In this document: piece by piece, positions 28,001 through 38,600 of the stretch | How the letters are laid out: each line of letters begins with the position of its first letter | Numbering within the stretch: the first letter of the stretch is position 1 | Source of the DNA: a virus | Lineage: Duplodnaviria; Caudoviricetes | Length of the DNA: 64,000 nucleotides | IMG/VR virus record: IMGVR_UViG_3300015244_001400 | Span: 26,033-90,032 of that record | Reading direction: 5' to 3' (one strand) | Translations under genes and position numbers: made by a program | Notes under the pieces: model-generated | Database searches by the model: none | What the model saw: only the letters and a program-made list of their open reading frames with translations | Told to the model about the DNA's origin: nothing

Positions 28001-30897
28001 CTTTAGTAAGTTTAGCTGTAGGTCTTGTGGGTGTTGCAACTGCTTTAACAATTTCAGGTATCCAACAAGATGCTTGGAATAAAGCTTACAACATATTATA
28101 TAATCAAGGCTTGAGAGAAACTATTACAGACTCTTATATGCAAGATGATGTTGATCCTATAAGTGGAGAAGCAAGAGGGTTTAGAAAAAATCCTCAAGAT
28201 GATGAGATTCAGTGGTTAGGAGATTGTGCAAATCTTTGGTTTGAATCTACAGTTAATATGGGACTAAGACATGGTGCCACTGACAATACTCCAGACTTTT
28301 TAAATGCTCCTGGGTTAGTTGAATCAGGAACTACTGCTGGAGAATGGGATAGAGAATATTTTGGAATACATTCAGTTGGTTCTAATGAAGTCCCTCCTAC
28401 TACAGCTTTAGATTTTCACATGCTTAAGAAATTAACTTACTTAGATGCAAATAGAAAAGGTGGTAGAGCTTATATTGGCTTAGCTGCTGCTGAAATCTAC
28501 TTATTTAATCCTGATTATACAAGAAGAAATAAACAAAAAGCTTATGAGCATTTAGGTTTAGAGTATGACTGTTGTACAGATTGTGTTGAAACTTTTCCAC
28601 ACAGATTTCATTGGTCAGAACAAGCCTTCCAAGAAGAAGTTACAGACAACTTCAGAATGTTTTTACCTAATAACTACAAAGATCTTGAAGCTGAGACAGG
28701 TAAGTTAACAGATTTGTTTAGAATTCAAAACAATCTTTATGTTCACACTGCAGAAGGTCTTTGGCATTGTCCTCAAACTTTCCAAGAAAGGGTGACTAGT
28801 GATATTATCTCTTTCATAGGTACTGGAGAATATTTTTCTGTGCCTCCTAGAAAGATAGTAGATGATGCAAACTCTTCAGCAGGTAATGTACATAAGTGGG
28901 CAAGAACCAAAACTAAGCATGGTGTCTTATTTCCATCTTGGAAAGAAAAGAAATGGTACTTATTTGATGGTCAACAATTAAAACCTATTAGTGATAATGG
29001 TAACAGTAACTACTTTAAAACTCACATGGACTTTTTAGTAGAACAACAATACTATGACACTAATTCTGTAGAGTATCCATATAGAAATAACCCTTCTAGT
29101 CCTTTAGGAGTGGGGTTCTTATCTACTTATGATAGTAACAAGGAGAGACTTATCATTACTAAGAAAGATATGAAGATTACAAATCTTCCTACTACTCCTT
29201 ATCAGATTTGTGCTGAAGGACCTCAACCTATTATATTCCCTAACATGGCTCAAGTTATTTCAACAAGACTTGCAGCAGGTTGGAAGTATATAGGTATAGA
29301 AAATTGTAAGATGAAGTTTGAAAAAACAACTTATGAAAATATTACTACTACAGCTAATCAATATGTTTCTGTAGCTAATGATATGGATATCTGGGCTTTC
29401 TTTGATACTTCAGGTTCTTTCTCAGGGGCAGATTTAGCTCAGATAGAAAGTAGTTTAGATACTTGGATTGCAAATGATTTAGTTCCAACAGGTTGGACAG
29501 GTAGTGTACATAAAGTAAATAGTCCAACAGAAAAATGGTTAAACTTTGCTAGTGAAATTCCTTTGGCAAGTAGAGGTAAAGTATTACTAATCTCTTTTGT
29601 AAATGAGGCAGAAGGAAGTCAAGGAGGAGGTCCTTATCATAATTCAAGTTTAAATTACTCTGGTCAAATTAGTGGCTTATATAATGCTCACTATAATGCT
29701 TTTACAGCTGTAGGAGGAATACACTCTACTTTCACAAACTTTGTAGGAATTAATTATCCTATTGCTACAATACCAACTTCTAAAGCTTTTATTCTTCATT
29801 CTTTAGCTGCTGTTAAAGGAAACAATTATACTTTAGAAGAAGTAAATGACTTACCTGTTAATACTTATTTCTCATCAGGAGAATGGTCTTCAGTAAAATC
29901 TCAATTACTAAACAATCCTTATGCTGGACTTGTAGATCCTAATGGAGAACCAGGACTAGAACAATACAATTGGTTTGTAAAACCTGATAGAAGTAATCAA
30001 GGAAGTCCTGCTACTGAAGAATGTGCAGCTAGTGGTCTTATTATTTCTCCTTGTCAATTTGCTTTAGACATGAATGTTATTTTAGCTTCTTTGACTACTG
30101 TAGTTCCTGTAGAGATAACTAATGTGTATCCTGTGACTCAAGTAGCTTATGAAGAAGGACAAGTATTTGTACCTCAGACTTTGAACAATGGTTACACTAT
30201 GTCTTACTCTTTAAAAAGAAATGAGTGGGTAGGATGGCATCCTTACATTCCTAGTTTCTATATGCATGTTCAAGAGAAGTTTTATTCTTGGCCACAAGGG
30301 TCTAGCTACTTGTACAAACATAATAGACCTGATCATTATCAAACTTTCTATGGTGTAAGATATCCTTTCATTGTAGAGTATGTTGATAATCCAAGTGCTA
30401 TGACAAGTAAAGTATGGGATAGTATTTTATTCCAAACTGAAGCTAAGAAGTTTGATGCAGTGAATGAAGAGTACCTAGACCAAAGATATGTTACTTTTAA
30501 CAAAGCTTTATTCTACAACACTCAACAAACAAGTGGTATTATTACTTTGGCACCTAAACAAGATAGTAATGCTAATTACTTATTTCAACAAACTAGTAAT
30601 ACTTTAGGAGTAGCAACTATAGATAGAAATGAAAGAGATTGGACTATGAACTCTATGAGAGACATTAGAATAGATTACACTATCCCTATGTTCTTAAAAG
30701 ATTTACCTTCTCTTCAAAACAGTTATTATATAGATAAAGTTGTTAACCCAGCTGCTATTGACTATAATAAGGACTGGACACAGCTTGAAAGTTTTAGAGA
30801 TAAGTTCTTGGTAGTAAGGTTAATATTTGATAACTTTGCTGATACAAGATTAATCTTTAACTTTTCAGCTTTACAGAGATATGAATCAGAGAGGTAA
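25048..30897 (+). CDS. Tail stabilisation / muzzle protein with inserted domains
   Basis: GGLNTD N-terminus, GVLPPGSYNFSVQY, NRLILGNV, YSEQ-type (WSEQAF), LFRIQNNLYVHT and WVGWHPYIP motifs typical of crAss Tstab/P22 gp10-like proteins. Confidence 0.75.
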   Translation: MAQEKQQGGISVNIPGGLNTDSSLVNQPEGTTRFVFTGVNETKEGDYGFIANEESNQECYDLTAANILGSGYVPIGKVYIGDENNAIFLANPNKNSAIIIVDKNCKVIVSFSDKNQTEKMGFKIGQQIDATFRLRRGCERVVYWVDPKPRMFIFDKEEEFKDPVTGAWDISKFGLFKTYKKIPAVQDIEVVDGGGVLPPGSYNFSVQYLDEDFNPTEFVTSTETVVIYNTPSTSTYREKRGATMQKNDSYLNFENSNKAIKIVFDPTSLDTTFPFYRLAITEANTGQGLVSDTKYTSEISTRNTTFYYTGLNFESTGTQAEVTMFNSIIEKAESIEQIENRLILGNVKGKEINFCRLQKYASKINTDLITKTVVVSTTDKSNAKDPAAHFNGIGYMPGEIYSLAIVYIFADNTTSPAFHIPGKSHNVTNNHMFTAGPTVYPMSNVNNACTDTRYIDNNTCGTDLFWGIDSQGDSLTNEAVRHHRFPLRTDYNIPFVTKVPAAAALTFVKNLAINVSKTGAICPTECPTTEPPAGCTPTLGNFGSPVEFGAYTYSVNYTEDSTPGILSSVIDPQQYVVTVGDNTTQNVSYNANSGNLYGASIVITDIEETFDYPTAPNTVSMTGPTLDPITGMYKYTGTSTATSMTYSITIGIGTQDASDPLYSAEIFGLNFSNIHRPSLLDTNGEEIVGYYIVRQERKESDRTIVDSAVLTSTTKEKNFVAQGLLFPQYANPGEQAAKIKKDTLGLIYPEHKFNDRKYSTFSKIVQQGKFTKINAIASRTKIRDVADGSGYVDGKHKDGERDDDGFTIQIKTRDNITNFANQNKFTLDSTNIKELYYLSALEDKLTQDSANTGVDVFNLACDNKVGIIQLKQNYTFNTVSSLPYVYLYRDILEPYSNFRLTPYYKESRNPETFDPITNTSTVAIWNGDSYISSIRYVNSVYFDTRMKKRAGKTSVWNYIIAAILVVVAVVVTIFSFGAATAVGIALVSLAVGLVGVATALTISGIQQDAWNKAYNILYNQGLRETITDSYMQDDVDPISGEARGFRKNPQDDEIQWLGDCANLWFESTVNMGLRHGATDNTPDFLNAPGLVESGTTAGEWDREYFGIHSVGSNEVPPTTALDFHMLKKLTYLDANRKGGRAYIGLAAAEIYLFNPDYTRRNKQKAYEHLGLEYDCCTDCVETFPHRFHWSEQAFQEEVTDNFRMFLPNNYKDLEAETGKLTDLFRIQNNLYVHTAEGLWHCPQTFQERVTSDIISFIGTGEYFSVPPRKIVDDANSSAGNVHKWARTKTKHGVLFPSWKEKKWYLFDGQQLKPISDNGNSNYFKTHMDFLVEQQYYDTNSVEYPYRNNPSSPLGVGFLSTYDSNKERLIITKKDMKITNLPTTPYQICAEGPQPIIFPNMAQVISTRLAAGWKYIGIENCKMKFEKTTYENITTTANQYVSVANDMDIWAFFDTSGSFSGADLAQIESSLDTWIANDLVPTGWTGSVHKVNSPTEKWLNFASEIPLASRGKVLLISFVNEAEGSQGGGPYHNSSLNYSGQISGLYNAHYNAFTAVGGIHSTFTNFVGINYPIATIPTSKAFILHSLAAVKGNNYTLEEVNDLPVNTYFSSGEWSSVKSQLLNNPYAGLVDPNGEPGLEQYNWFVKPDRSNQGSPATEECAASGLIISPCQFALDMNVILASLTTVVPVEITNVYPVTQVAYEEGQVFVPQTLNNGYTMSYSLKRNEWVGWHPYIPSFYMHVQEKFYSWPQGSSYLYKHNRPDHYQTFYGVRYPFIVEYVDNPSAMTSKVWDSILFQTEAKKFDAVNEEYLDQRYVTFNKALFYNTQQTSGIITLAPKQDSNANYLFQQTSNTLGVATIDRNERDWTMNSMRDIRIDYTIPMFLKDLPSLQNSYYIDKVVNPAAIDYNKDWTQLESFRDKFLVVRLIFDNFADTRLIFNFSALQRYESER

Positions 30898-30925
30898 AGT
30901 TTAATCTTTAATAAACTAAATAAAA

Positions 30926-33430
30926 ATGTTACAACCTAAAAAAAATAAAGTCAACAAAGCTTTAAATACTGCTGTAAAAACAACAGAGGCAACTATGTTT
31001 GGATTAGCTTTAAATGAAGTACCTGGAGTAGAAACTCTGTATGACATAGGTAATATTTTTAAAAGTTTATCAGAAGGAGATTATAAAAAACTTGCTTCTA
31101 ATACTATAGGGGCTCTTTTACCTGGTGTATCAGGTAAAGCAATTGAAGCTGTTGCTGAAGATTGGTTACCTCCTACTCCTGAAATAGAAAAAAAGAAAAT
31201 GCAGTTTAATCTTCAAAGTTCACCTGCAGACAGACAAAAATATTTAAAAAAATATGGCCCAGGCTATTTAAACAATCCACAATTCATAAAGGACCAAAAA
31301 TTGGCTTATGGAACTAGCTCTCAAGGAATTATGAAAAAATCAATGAACCCTAGAAAAAAATATGCCAATGGTACTAATACTGCTGGTGTTGGACCTAATA
31401 ATTATATTCAAACTCCTAATGAAGTATTGAATGATTATAATATTATGTTAGCTAAAGCAGACTTAGAGGTTGCTAATAACAAGTTAGTTCCTATTGTTTC
31501 TATGATAGGGGGATTAGCCCAAGAGACTTTAAAATTTGCAGGAGCAGGAGGGTTTAGTAAAGCTCCAGCAACAACTCCAACAGCTGCTAATGGAATGAAT
31601 AATGTAGAAGAGGATGTAGAAGTAGAGGGAGGAGAAATGTATGAAACACCTCAAGGAGAAGTAGGAGAATTTGAAGGGCCTAGCCATGAAGAAGGAGGAA
31701 TTCCTTTAGAAGTTGGAGAAGATGTAGAAGAAGGTACTAAAGTTTACTCAGACAGACTTAAAGTAGGTAAAGAAACTTTAGCTGAAAGAAAAGAAAAAAG
31801 AGAAAAACAGATAGCTAATCTTGAAAAGATTGCTTCTGAACCCTTAGTTGATTCTGCTGTTAAGAATGCTACCAAAAGAAAAATGGAAGCTATTCAAAAA
31901 GAAGAAATGGCTGACTTACAATTTCAAGAGCAAATAAACAATATGCAAGCAATGGCTGACAATGTCATTAAAGCTTTTGGTACAAGTGTTGAAGGAATTC
32001 AAAAAATGGTTGCAGGAGGCGTAGTAGGAGATCCTCCTACAGGTTTTGGGTTAAGAGCTAGAGGTTCAAAAGGAATAAAAGGAGTTGAAGATATAGCTGA
32101 TCAATACTATGCTCCTGAAGATTTCAAAGCAAGTAACAATTATTGGCAAGCTAAACTTAGAGAATCAGAAGGAGATAAATATAGACAAAGAGATTTAAAT
32201 ACTCTTGAAGATAGAAAAGAATTTCAAAGTTTCCTTTATAAAGACAATCCTTTAGCAGGTAAAAAAGGTGTTGAAAAAAGTGCTATGGGAGACCGTAACT
32301 ATGATTACACTATTGATGGAGTATTAGGAAATACTGCTCATTATACAAATAACACACTTAGTTTAGGGTCAGATATGAATAATTATGTAGACCCTATTAC
32401 TGGAGACCCTATAGTTAAAACAGACACACCAGCTTCACCTCCTTTAGAAATGAGTTATGAAACCCCAGGTTTTGCAGAAGGTTTTGGAGTTAACTCAGAA
32501 GGTTATACTGGAGATGAGTACACAGGAGATCCTGTAACTATTGCTGCTCAAGAAGATATGAATTTTTATACTCCAGGTGGAGTAGGTACTCCTATTGATA
32601 ATCCTGAAGGTACTATGTTAAGTAGAGCACTTGGTAAGGCAGGTAAAGGTCTTGGTAATGCTGCCACTAAAGTAGGCACTGCTATAGATAAAGCAGGGGG
32701 ACTTCCAGGAATGGGAGATCTTGTAGGTATGTTTGGAAACTACTTAGGGGCTAATGCAGGTCTTAAGACTGCTGCTGAACAAAGAAGTTCTGACATTACT
32801 CATAGAAATGTTTATGCTAATGCAGGTAAAGAGTCTCAAAAGCTATTAGATAATGCTATGGGGGCTATTGAAAATAATAAAGCTCAAGCAATTGTAAAAG
32901 CCACTACTACAACTCAAGGAGGTAAAAAATCTGGTAGAAATTCTGCTAGAGGTATAAATGCTAAGAGAGGTATGGATTGGTTATATGATACAGCTTTAGG
33001 AGAACAGATAACAGCTATCAGTACTAATGCTGCTACTCAAGCAGCAGAAATCTATAAAGCTAAATCTGGAGTTGCTTTGAATGCAGATCAAATGAAAGGA
33101 CAAGGAGAATACCAAGCTAATATGGCTAATGAAGCTTCTAAAGATGCTTACTTTACTGCTAAAGCTTTGGGCCGCAAGGATCAAGCTCTAGCTGTACAAC
33201 ACATGGGTAAAGATTTAAACTCTATGAAACAGAATAAGATGATTGAAAATCTTATGAAAGGTTATGGTAAATATGTTGCTTTAGATAAGTCAGGTAACAT
33301 GACTAATAAAACTAAAGCTGCAAAAACTAAAACTTCTAATGTAGAGATACCTGATGGTAAAGGAGGAACAATTTCAATGACTCCTACAGAATTTCAAGAA
33401 TTAATGAACAAAGTTACTAAAACAAAATAA
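30926..33430 (+). CDS. Cargo / ejection protein
   Basis: Contains VEVEGGEM...GPSHEEGG, a motif typical of crAss-like cargo proteins. Ala/Gly/Gln-rich helical C-terminus. Confidence 0.65.
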   Translation: MLQPKKNKVNKALNTAVKTTEATMFGLALNEVPGVETLYDIGNIFKSLSEGDYKKLASNTIGALLPGVSGKAIEAVAEDWLPPTPEIEKKKMQFNLQSSPADRQKYLKKYGPGYLNNPQFIKDQKLAYGTSSQGIMKKSMNPRKKYANGTNTAGVGPNNYIQTPNEVLNDYNIMLAKADLEVANNKLVPIVSMIGGLAQETLKFAGAGGFSKAPATTPTAANGMNNVEEDVEVEGGEMYETPQGEVGEFEGPSHEEGGIPLEVGEDVEEGTKVYSDRLKVGKETLAERKEKREKQIANLEKIASEPLVDSAVKNATKRKMEAIQKEEMADLQFQEQINNMQAMADNVIKAFGTSVEGIQKMVAGGVVGDPPTGFGLRARGSKGIKGVEDIADQYYAPEDFKASNNYWQAKLRESEGDKYRQRDLNTLEDRKEFQSFLYKDNPLAGKKGVEKSAMGDRNYDYTIDGVLGNTAHYTNNTLSLGSDMNNYVDPITGDPIVKTDTPASPPLEMSYETPGFAEGFGVNSEGYTGDEYTGDPVTIAAQEDMNFYTPGGVGTPIDNPEGTMLSRALGKAGKGLGNAATKVGTAIDKAGGLPGMGDLVGMFGNYLGANAGLKTAAEQRSSDITHRNVYANAGKESQKLLDNAMGAIENNKAQAIVKATTTTQGGKKSGRNSARGINAKRGMDWLYDTALGEQITAISTNAATQAAEIYKAKSGVALNADQMKGQGEYQANMANEASKDAYFTAKALGRKDQALAVQHMGKDLNSMKQNKMIENLMKGYGKYVALDKSGNMTNKTKAAKTKTSNVEIPDGKGGTISMTPTEFQELMNKVTKTK

Positions 33431-33432
33431 TC

Positions 33433-35580
33433 ATGGGACAATTTTATAGAGGTACACCAGCAGAGTTTCTTGATGACAAGATGTACAAAGCTCCTTATGA
33501 GTTAATGGCTAGTGTCATTGACAAAAAAGATAAAGCTATTGATGACACTATTGGTGAATATCAAGCATACTTAGATAAGCTAAAAGCTGATGTACTAGAA
33601 CAGGATTCTCCTGAACTAAAAGCTACTATACAACAATATCAAACTAGAATTGATAATGCTGTACAAGGTATTGTTAGTGACCCTATGAATTATCAAAAAT
33701 TTACTCCAGACTTAAATACTCTTGGAAGAGATATTACTAATACTTGGAGTACTTCAGGTAAGGTAGGTACTATGGAAGCTAATAAGAAAAAAGTATTAGC
33801 TGAATATGATGCTTTAGATAAATTAGCTAAAGAGAAAGGATTTGAAGGAGAGTATCTTGCTGCAGAGAAAAAGAAAATTTTAAATAAATATAAAGGAGTA
33901 GAATGGGATGAAGAAAGAAGTAAAGCTATGGGAGCTCCTGAAATTGCAGATGCTTACCATAAGTTAGACTTTGATGATAGCTTCTTAAATCATTTAAAAG
34001 CTCAGAAAATTTCAAGAACTAAAGACACACCTGGAGGCCCTTGGGTTTATAGACATGAAGGTAGCAGTGAAGTATTGAGCCCTAATGATATTATGAGTGC
34101 CTATATGTTACAAGCTAATGCTGACCCAGCTACTAAAGCTGCTTTGGAAAGAAGAAATGCTTTAGGTCAAGCTGGATTTGAAAGTGTAGGACTTAATGAA
34201 GTTTATGTTCAAGTACCTGAAACTGATGCTAATGGAAAACCTATTATGGAAAATGGTCAACCTAAGATGAGAGAAGTTCTTAACCCTAATAACTATTGGG
34301 CTAAGAAAATGGGAGCAGCTTCAGAAACTTACAAAGTAAATAACCAAGAGACTAAAGATACTTTAAGTGAAAATTCAGGTTATTACAAAGAAATGGGTTG
34401 GGCAAGAGAAGATGATAAAGAAGCTAAAGAAAATGTTACTGCTGAAGTTATAGATGAAACTACTATTGAAACTAGGGATTCTACAGTAGATAATCTTGCA
34501 AATAACTACACTAATTCAAGCACTAAAGTTTTTAATAATGTTCAAAAAGCTTTAACTATAGCTAAAACACTAGGTATAAAACAAGGTACAGCTGCTTTTA
34601 ATCAAATAAAAAGTGGTAACTTTACAGCATTAAGAACAGCAGGAAAAAACAAAGAAGGCTTTGCAGCAACTGTAGATCAATTAGAAAAAGAATACAAAAG
34701 AGCTGCAGCAGAAAAAGGTATGGCTTCTGCAAGTATGGATGCTTTTACAAATAGTCTTCCAGCTGATCTTAAGAAAATTATGTATACTACTAAGTGGAGA
34801 TCTAATCCTAAAATTAGAGAGGCTTACAAAACTTATACAGAAAAAGCTCATGCTGAGAAGAAATTTAATGCTGTGAATGTGGAAAATCAAGTTACTAGTT
34901 TAAATGATATGGACTTATCTAAAGGGACTAAAGAATCTTTTAAAAAGGTTATAAATGATGACTTAGATAAATTCCGTTTTAAATTAGGAGGTGCACAAGG
35001 TGATGAACAAATCATGGAAACTGCAAAAGGAACTAAGATTGCTTTCACAACCAAAAAATTATTAGATGGAAAAGTAGGGACTAGAAATGGTCAAACTGTA
35101 ACTTATGTTTATAATCCTACTGGAGATCACTCTTTAGCTGAACTTCAAAAATTAGGAATAGTTAGTTCATCAGTTGTTACTGATGGTAAAGGAACTAAGA
35201 AAAAATATACTTACTTTGAGAATGGTAAAGAAGTAGGGATGGATGTAGCAGAAGATACTTTTGGAGTTGTAAAAGCTTTTGACACTAAAGGACAATCTAA
35301 TATGGGAGTTCATATTCAAATGGGTAAAAATGTTGTTAGAGCTACTCTAGGAAGTAATCAAGTAAGTAGTCCTGAAATAAGAAATTGGTTTAATGAAAAT
35401 GATGAAAGACTTTATTTTGAAAATCAAAATTCCAAAACTAACTGGCAAATGATTAAAAAAGAGGTTAAAGATGGTGGTAACACTTATCTTATGGATCAGG
35501 GAAAAGCTTACATAAATGGGGTAGAAAGAACAGATGCTTTAGGTATAAAAGCTATCAAAAAAGTTGTAATGGGTCTTTAA
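33433..35580 (+). CDS. Cargo / ejection protein
   Basis: 715 aa helical protein immediately before the virion RNAP. Confidence 0.55.
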   Translation: MGQFYRGTPAEFLDDKMYKAPYELMASVIDKKDKAIDDTIGEYQAYLDKLKADVLEQDSPELKATIQQYQTRIDNAVQGIVSDPMNYQKFTPDLNTLGRDITNTWSTSGKVGTMEANKKKVLAEYDALDKLAKEKGFEGEYLAAEKKKILNKYKGVEWDEERSKAMGAPEIADAYHKLDFDDSFLNHLKAQKISRTKDTPGGPWVYRHEGSSEVLSPNDIMSAYMLQANADPATKAALERRNALGQAGFESVGLNEVYVQVPETDANGKPIMENGQPKMREVLNPNNYWAKKMGAASETYKVNNQETKDTLSENSGYYKEMGWAREDDKEAKENVTAEVIDETTIETRDSTVDNLANNYTNSSTKVFNNVQKALTIAKTLGIKQGTAAFNQIKSGNFTALRTAGKNKEGFAATVDQLEKEYKRAAAEKGMASASMDAFTNSLPADLKKIMYTTKWRSNPKIREAYKTYTEKAHAEKKFNAVNVENQVTSLNDMDLSKGTKESFKKVINDDLDKFRFKLGGAQGDEQIMETAKGTKIAFTTKKLLDGKVGTRNGQTVTYVYNPTGDHSLAELQKLGIVSSSVVTDGKGTKKKYTYFENGKEVGMDVAEDTFGVVKAFDTKGQSNMGVHIQMGKNVVRATLGSNQVSSPEIRNWFNENDERLYFENQNSKTNWQMIKKEVKDGGNTYLMDQGKAYINGVERTDALGIKAIKKVVMGL

Positions 35581-35622
35581 TCTTCATATTAAAATTTAAT
35601 AAACTTTAATCTTAATTAGAAT

Positions 35623-38600
35623 ATGTTTCCACCAAAAAAAAATCTAAGCAAATTTGCTCAAGCAAAACAAGAGTTACAACAAGGAGATGAAGGTATTGCT
35701 GCTGGAGCAGGAACTGAAACAGGTGTAGGACTAAGTTTTGAAGAGTTAAGATCTCAAAGTACTTCTCAAAATAATGTTAGTACTCAGTTGCTTTCTACTT
35801 TTGTAGATAAAGGAGAAAGAGATAAGATTGAGTACGAAAATTCTCAGGCTAGAAAAGAAATGGAAAGACTTGCTAAAGAGCAAGCTGTACAAAAAGACAG
35901 AGTCTATTCTAAAGTTGCTGAAAAAAATGGTATAGATAAAGCTATAGGCTTAATGGATACAGCTTCAAAACTTAGAGAGTTAGAAGAAAAAGATTTTTTT
36001 ACTTCTTACTCTAAATATGCAGATGACTTTATCAGTTCAAAAGGTATAAATGTTGCAAAACCACTAATAGCTGTTGGAGGTTTTATTGCTCATGCTTACA
36101 ATGATATGTTCAATGATACTAGATTAGGTCTTACTAAAGCAGAACAAAAAGAGTATGATAATCTTTCTAGTCAACAAAGAAAAGAATTACAACCTGCTTT
36201 AACAGAACTTAAGACTCAATATGAACAAGAGTTAAAAAAAGCTGAAGCAAGAAGAAAACAAGCTGTGGTAGCTAATACTAAATCTGCTGACTATATAAAA
36301 TGGCAAAATGATCAAGCAAAGGCTTTAAGAAAAGATTTAGTTTCTGGTCCTGGGCCTTCTAAAGATGAGCTTCTTGCTACTAGAACTGCTATAAAGTATG
36401 AAGATTTAATTGCTCAGATTGATGATTATGCTTCAGGTAATGCTGGTTTTTGGGATGGATTTGGTTCTCAGAAAAAAGATGTTCTCACACTGGGTTTATA
36501 CAGTATGGGAGATGCTCTAACTGTTGCTGATATTAAAGATAAGGCAGACAGAATCTACAAGGAAAAAGCTCTTAATAGTAAAAACATAAACTACAGACCT
36601 AAAGAAAGTCTAACAGAAAATGAACAATCTTTATTAGAAGCTGAAGGTCATGTTCAAGAATTGTCTGCTAAAAATTTATTTGAAAACAAATTAGGTTATA
36701 CTTGGGGAACAGGTGTAGCTCAATCTACTGTTTTTATGGAAGCTACTTTACTTACAGGAGGTTTTGGAGGAGCTGTAGAATCCACAGTAGCTAATGCTAT
36801 TGTAAAAGAATCTGCTAAAGCTACTTTAAGACAAGCTTGGAAACAAGGGGGAACTAAATTATTATTATCTAACTTAGGTGCTAAATCTGTTGGAGGTCTT
36901 GCTAATGTAGGAGTGACTTCTTTATTGGCACCAGGTACTTACACTATGGCTGCTAAAGCTAAAACAGGTAATATGGAATTTATTACTGATGAAAATGGTA
37001 AACAAAAACTTTTAGTAGGGCAAGAAAGATATGATCATTATAAGAAAGATTTTAGTAAAAAATCAGACCTTATAAAATATGATATTGATGAATTAGAGAA
37101 AAAAGAAAAAAGATCTGACAAAGAAGAAGAAAGATTAGAAGGTCTTAAATCAAGTTTACAGAATATTACTGATGAATTTGACACTTTGTATAAACCAAAC
37201 AATTGGGGAGAGTCTTTATGGTATGGGTATAGTGAGACAGTAAAGGAAAACTTTTCTGAGAAATATGTAGGGGCTGCTTTACCAGGTCTTTCTAACAATA
37301 TGCTAATGAGAAACTTAGCTAAAACACAAATAGGAGGCAAAATTGCTAAAGGAATTACAGCTACTACTAATGATTTTGCTCAGAGTAGTTTAGGTAAAAC
37401 TTTAAGTGCTCCTATCAAAGGGTACAACTACACTAGAAATCTTGTAAACAACTTGTCTTTAGGAAAGCTTTCAGGTAATGCTGTTGCTCATACAGGTAAG
37501 GCTAGTTTAATTCATAGTCTTCCTGGGGAGATTGCTGAAGAGATTTGGAACCAATTCATGCCTACTTATAAACAAGACTATGCAGAACAATTAGAAACTC
37601 TGAAAGATAGTTCTTTCTATAGAGATACTATTGCTCAAACTTTAATTCAAGGGGTTGCTTTTGGAGGAATTGGTATGGTAGGTAGAGGAAGAAACTACAT
37701 GAATGATAAAGCTAGATTAAGAGAAATGTACAAAGCTCTTGATGCTTCTATCACAGATGATGATGTTGCTAATAACATTCTTATGAATACTGGAGGAACT
37801 ATCTATAGCCCTTTAGATTATGACCATAAGATTATGCAATTAAGAAAAGAAAACACTACAGATTCTCATACTAAAGCTGATAGACTTGAACAAAACAAGT
37901 TTACTAATTTAGCTGCTATGGCAATTAGAACAGGTACTGTAGATTCTTTTAAAAAGAATCTAGAGTCTATTCAAAATAAGCCTGATGTAAGTCTTACTAC
38001 CAAACAAAACATTGCTTTAGCTACTGCTAGAATTGATGGTTTAATGGAAGTGTATAACAAACACTCTGAAAAAGATAATTTTGCAACTATCTTTAATTTA
38101 TCAGAAAGAAAATTAGCTAATGATCAAACTGTAAAGGTTATTGATGAAGAGTTAATGAAACAAAAAGAAGGGGCTAAAGAAGATATTGATGCTTTTATCT
38201 TAAGAAAAGGACTAAAGATTGATTATGATATTGACACTCTTTTAACTAAAGAAGAATTTGAATCTCCTGAGCAAGAAAAAGAATACACTAATTTTATTCA
38301 AGCCTTAAGTGAAGAGAATCTTACAAGAGTAAACTTGTTTGGAGGACTTCTTATGGAAAAAGCTGGTTTCCAAATGGATAACAGTGAATTGAATAAACAA
38401 ATAAATGATCAGACTAGTCCTGAGTATGAAGAGAGAGTAGAAAATAAAAAAGGTATTGAACAAGTTTATGAAAAAACTTTACAAGATTACCAAAAATCTA
38501 TAATCACTTCTGAGACTTCAGTCTTTAATTACAACAATCAATTGGAAGAAACTCCTGAATTGGTTGATGAAGCTATGGACAGAGTTAAGAAACAATACAA

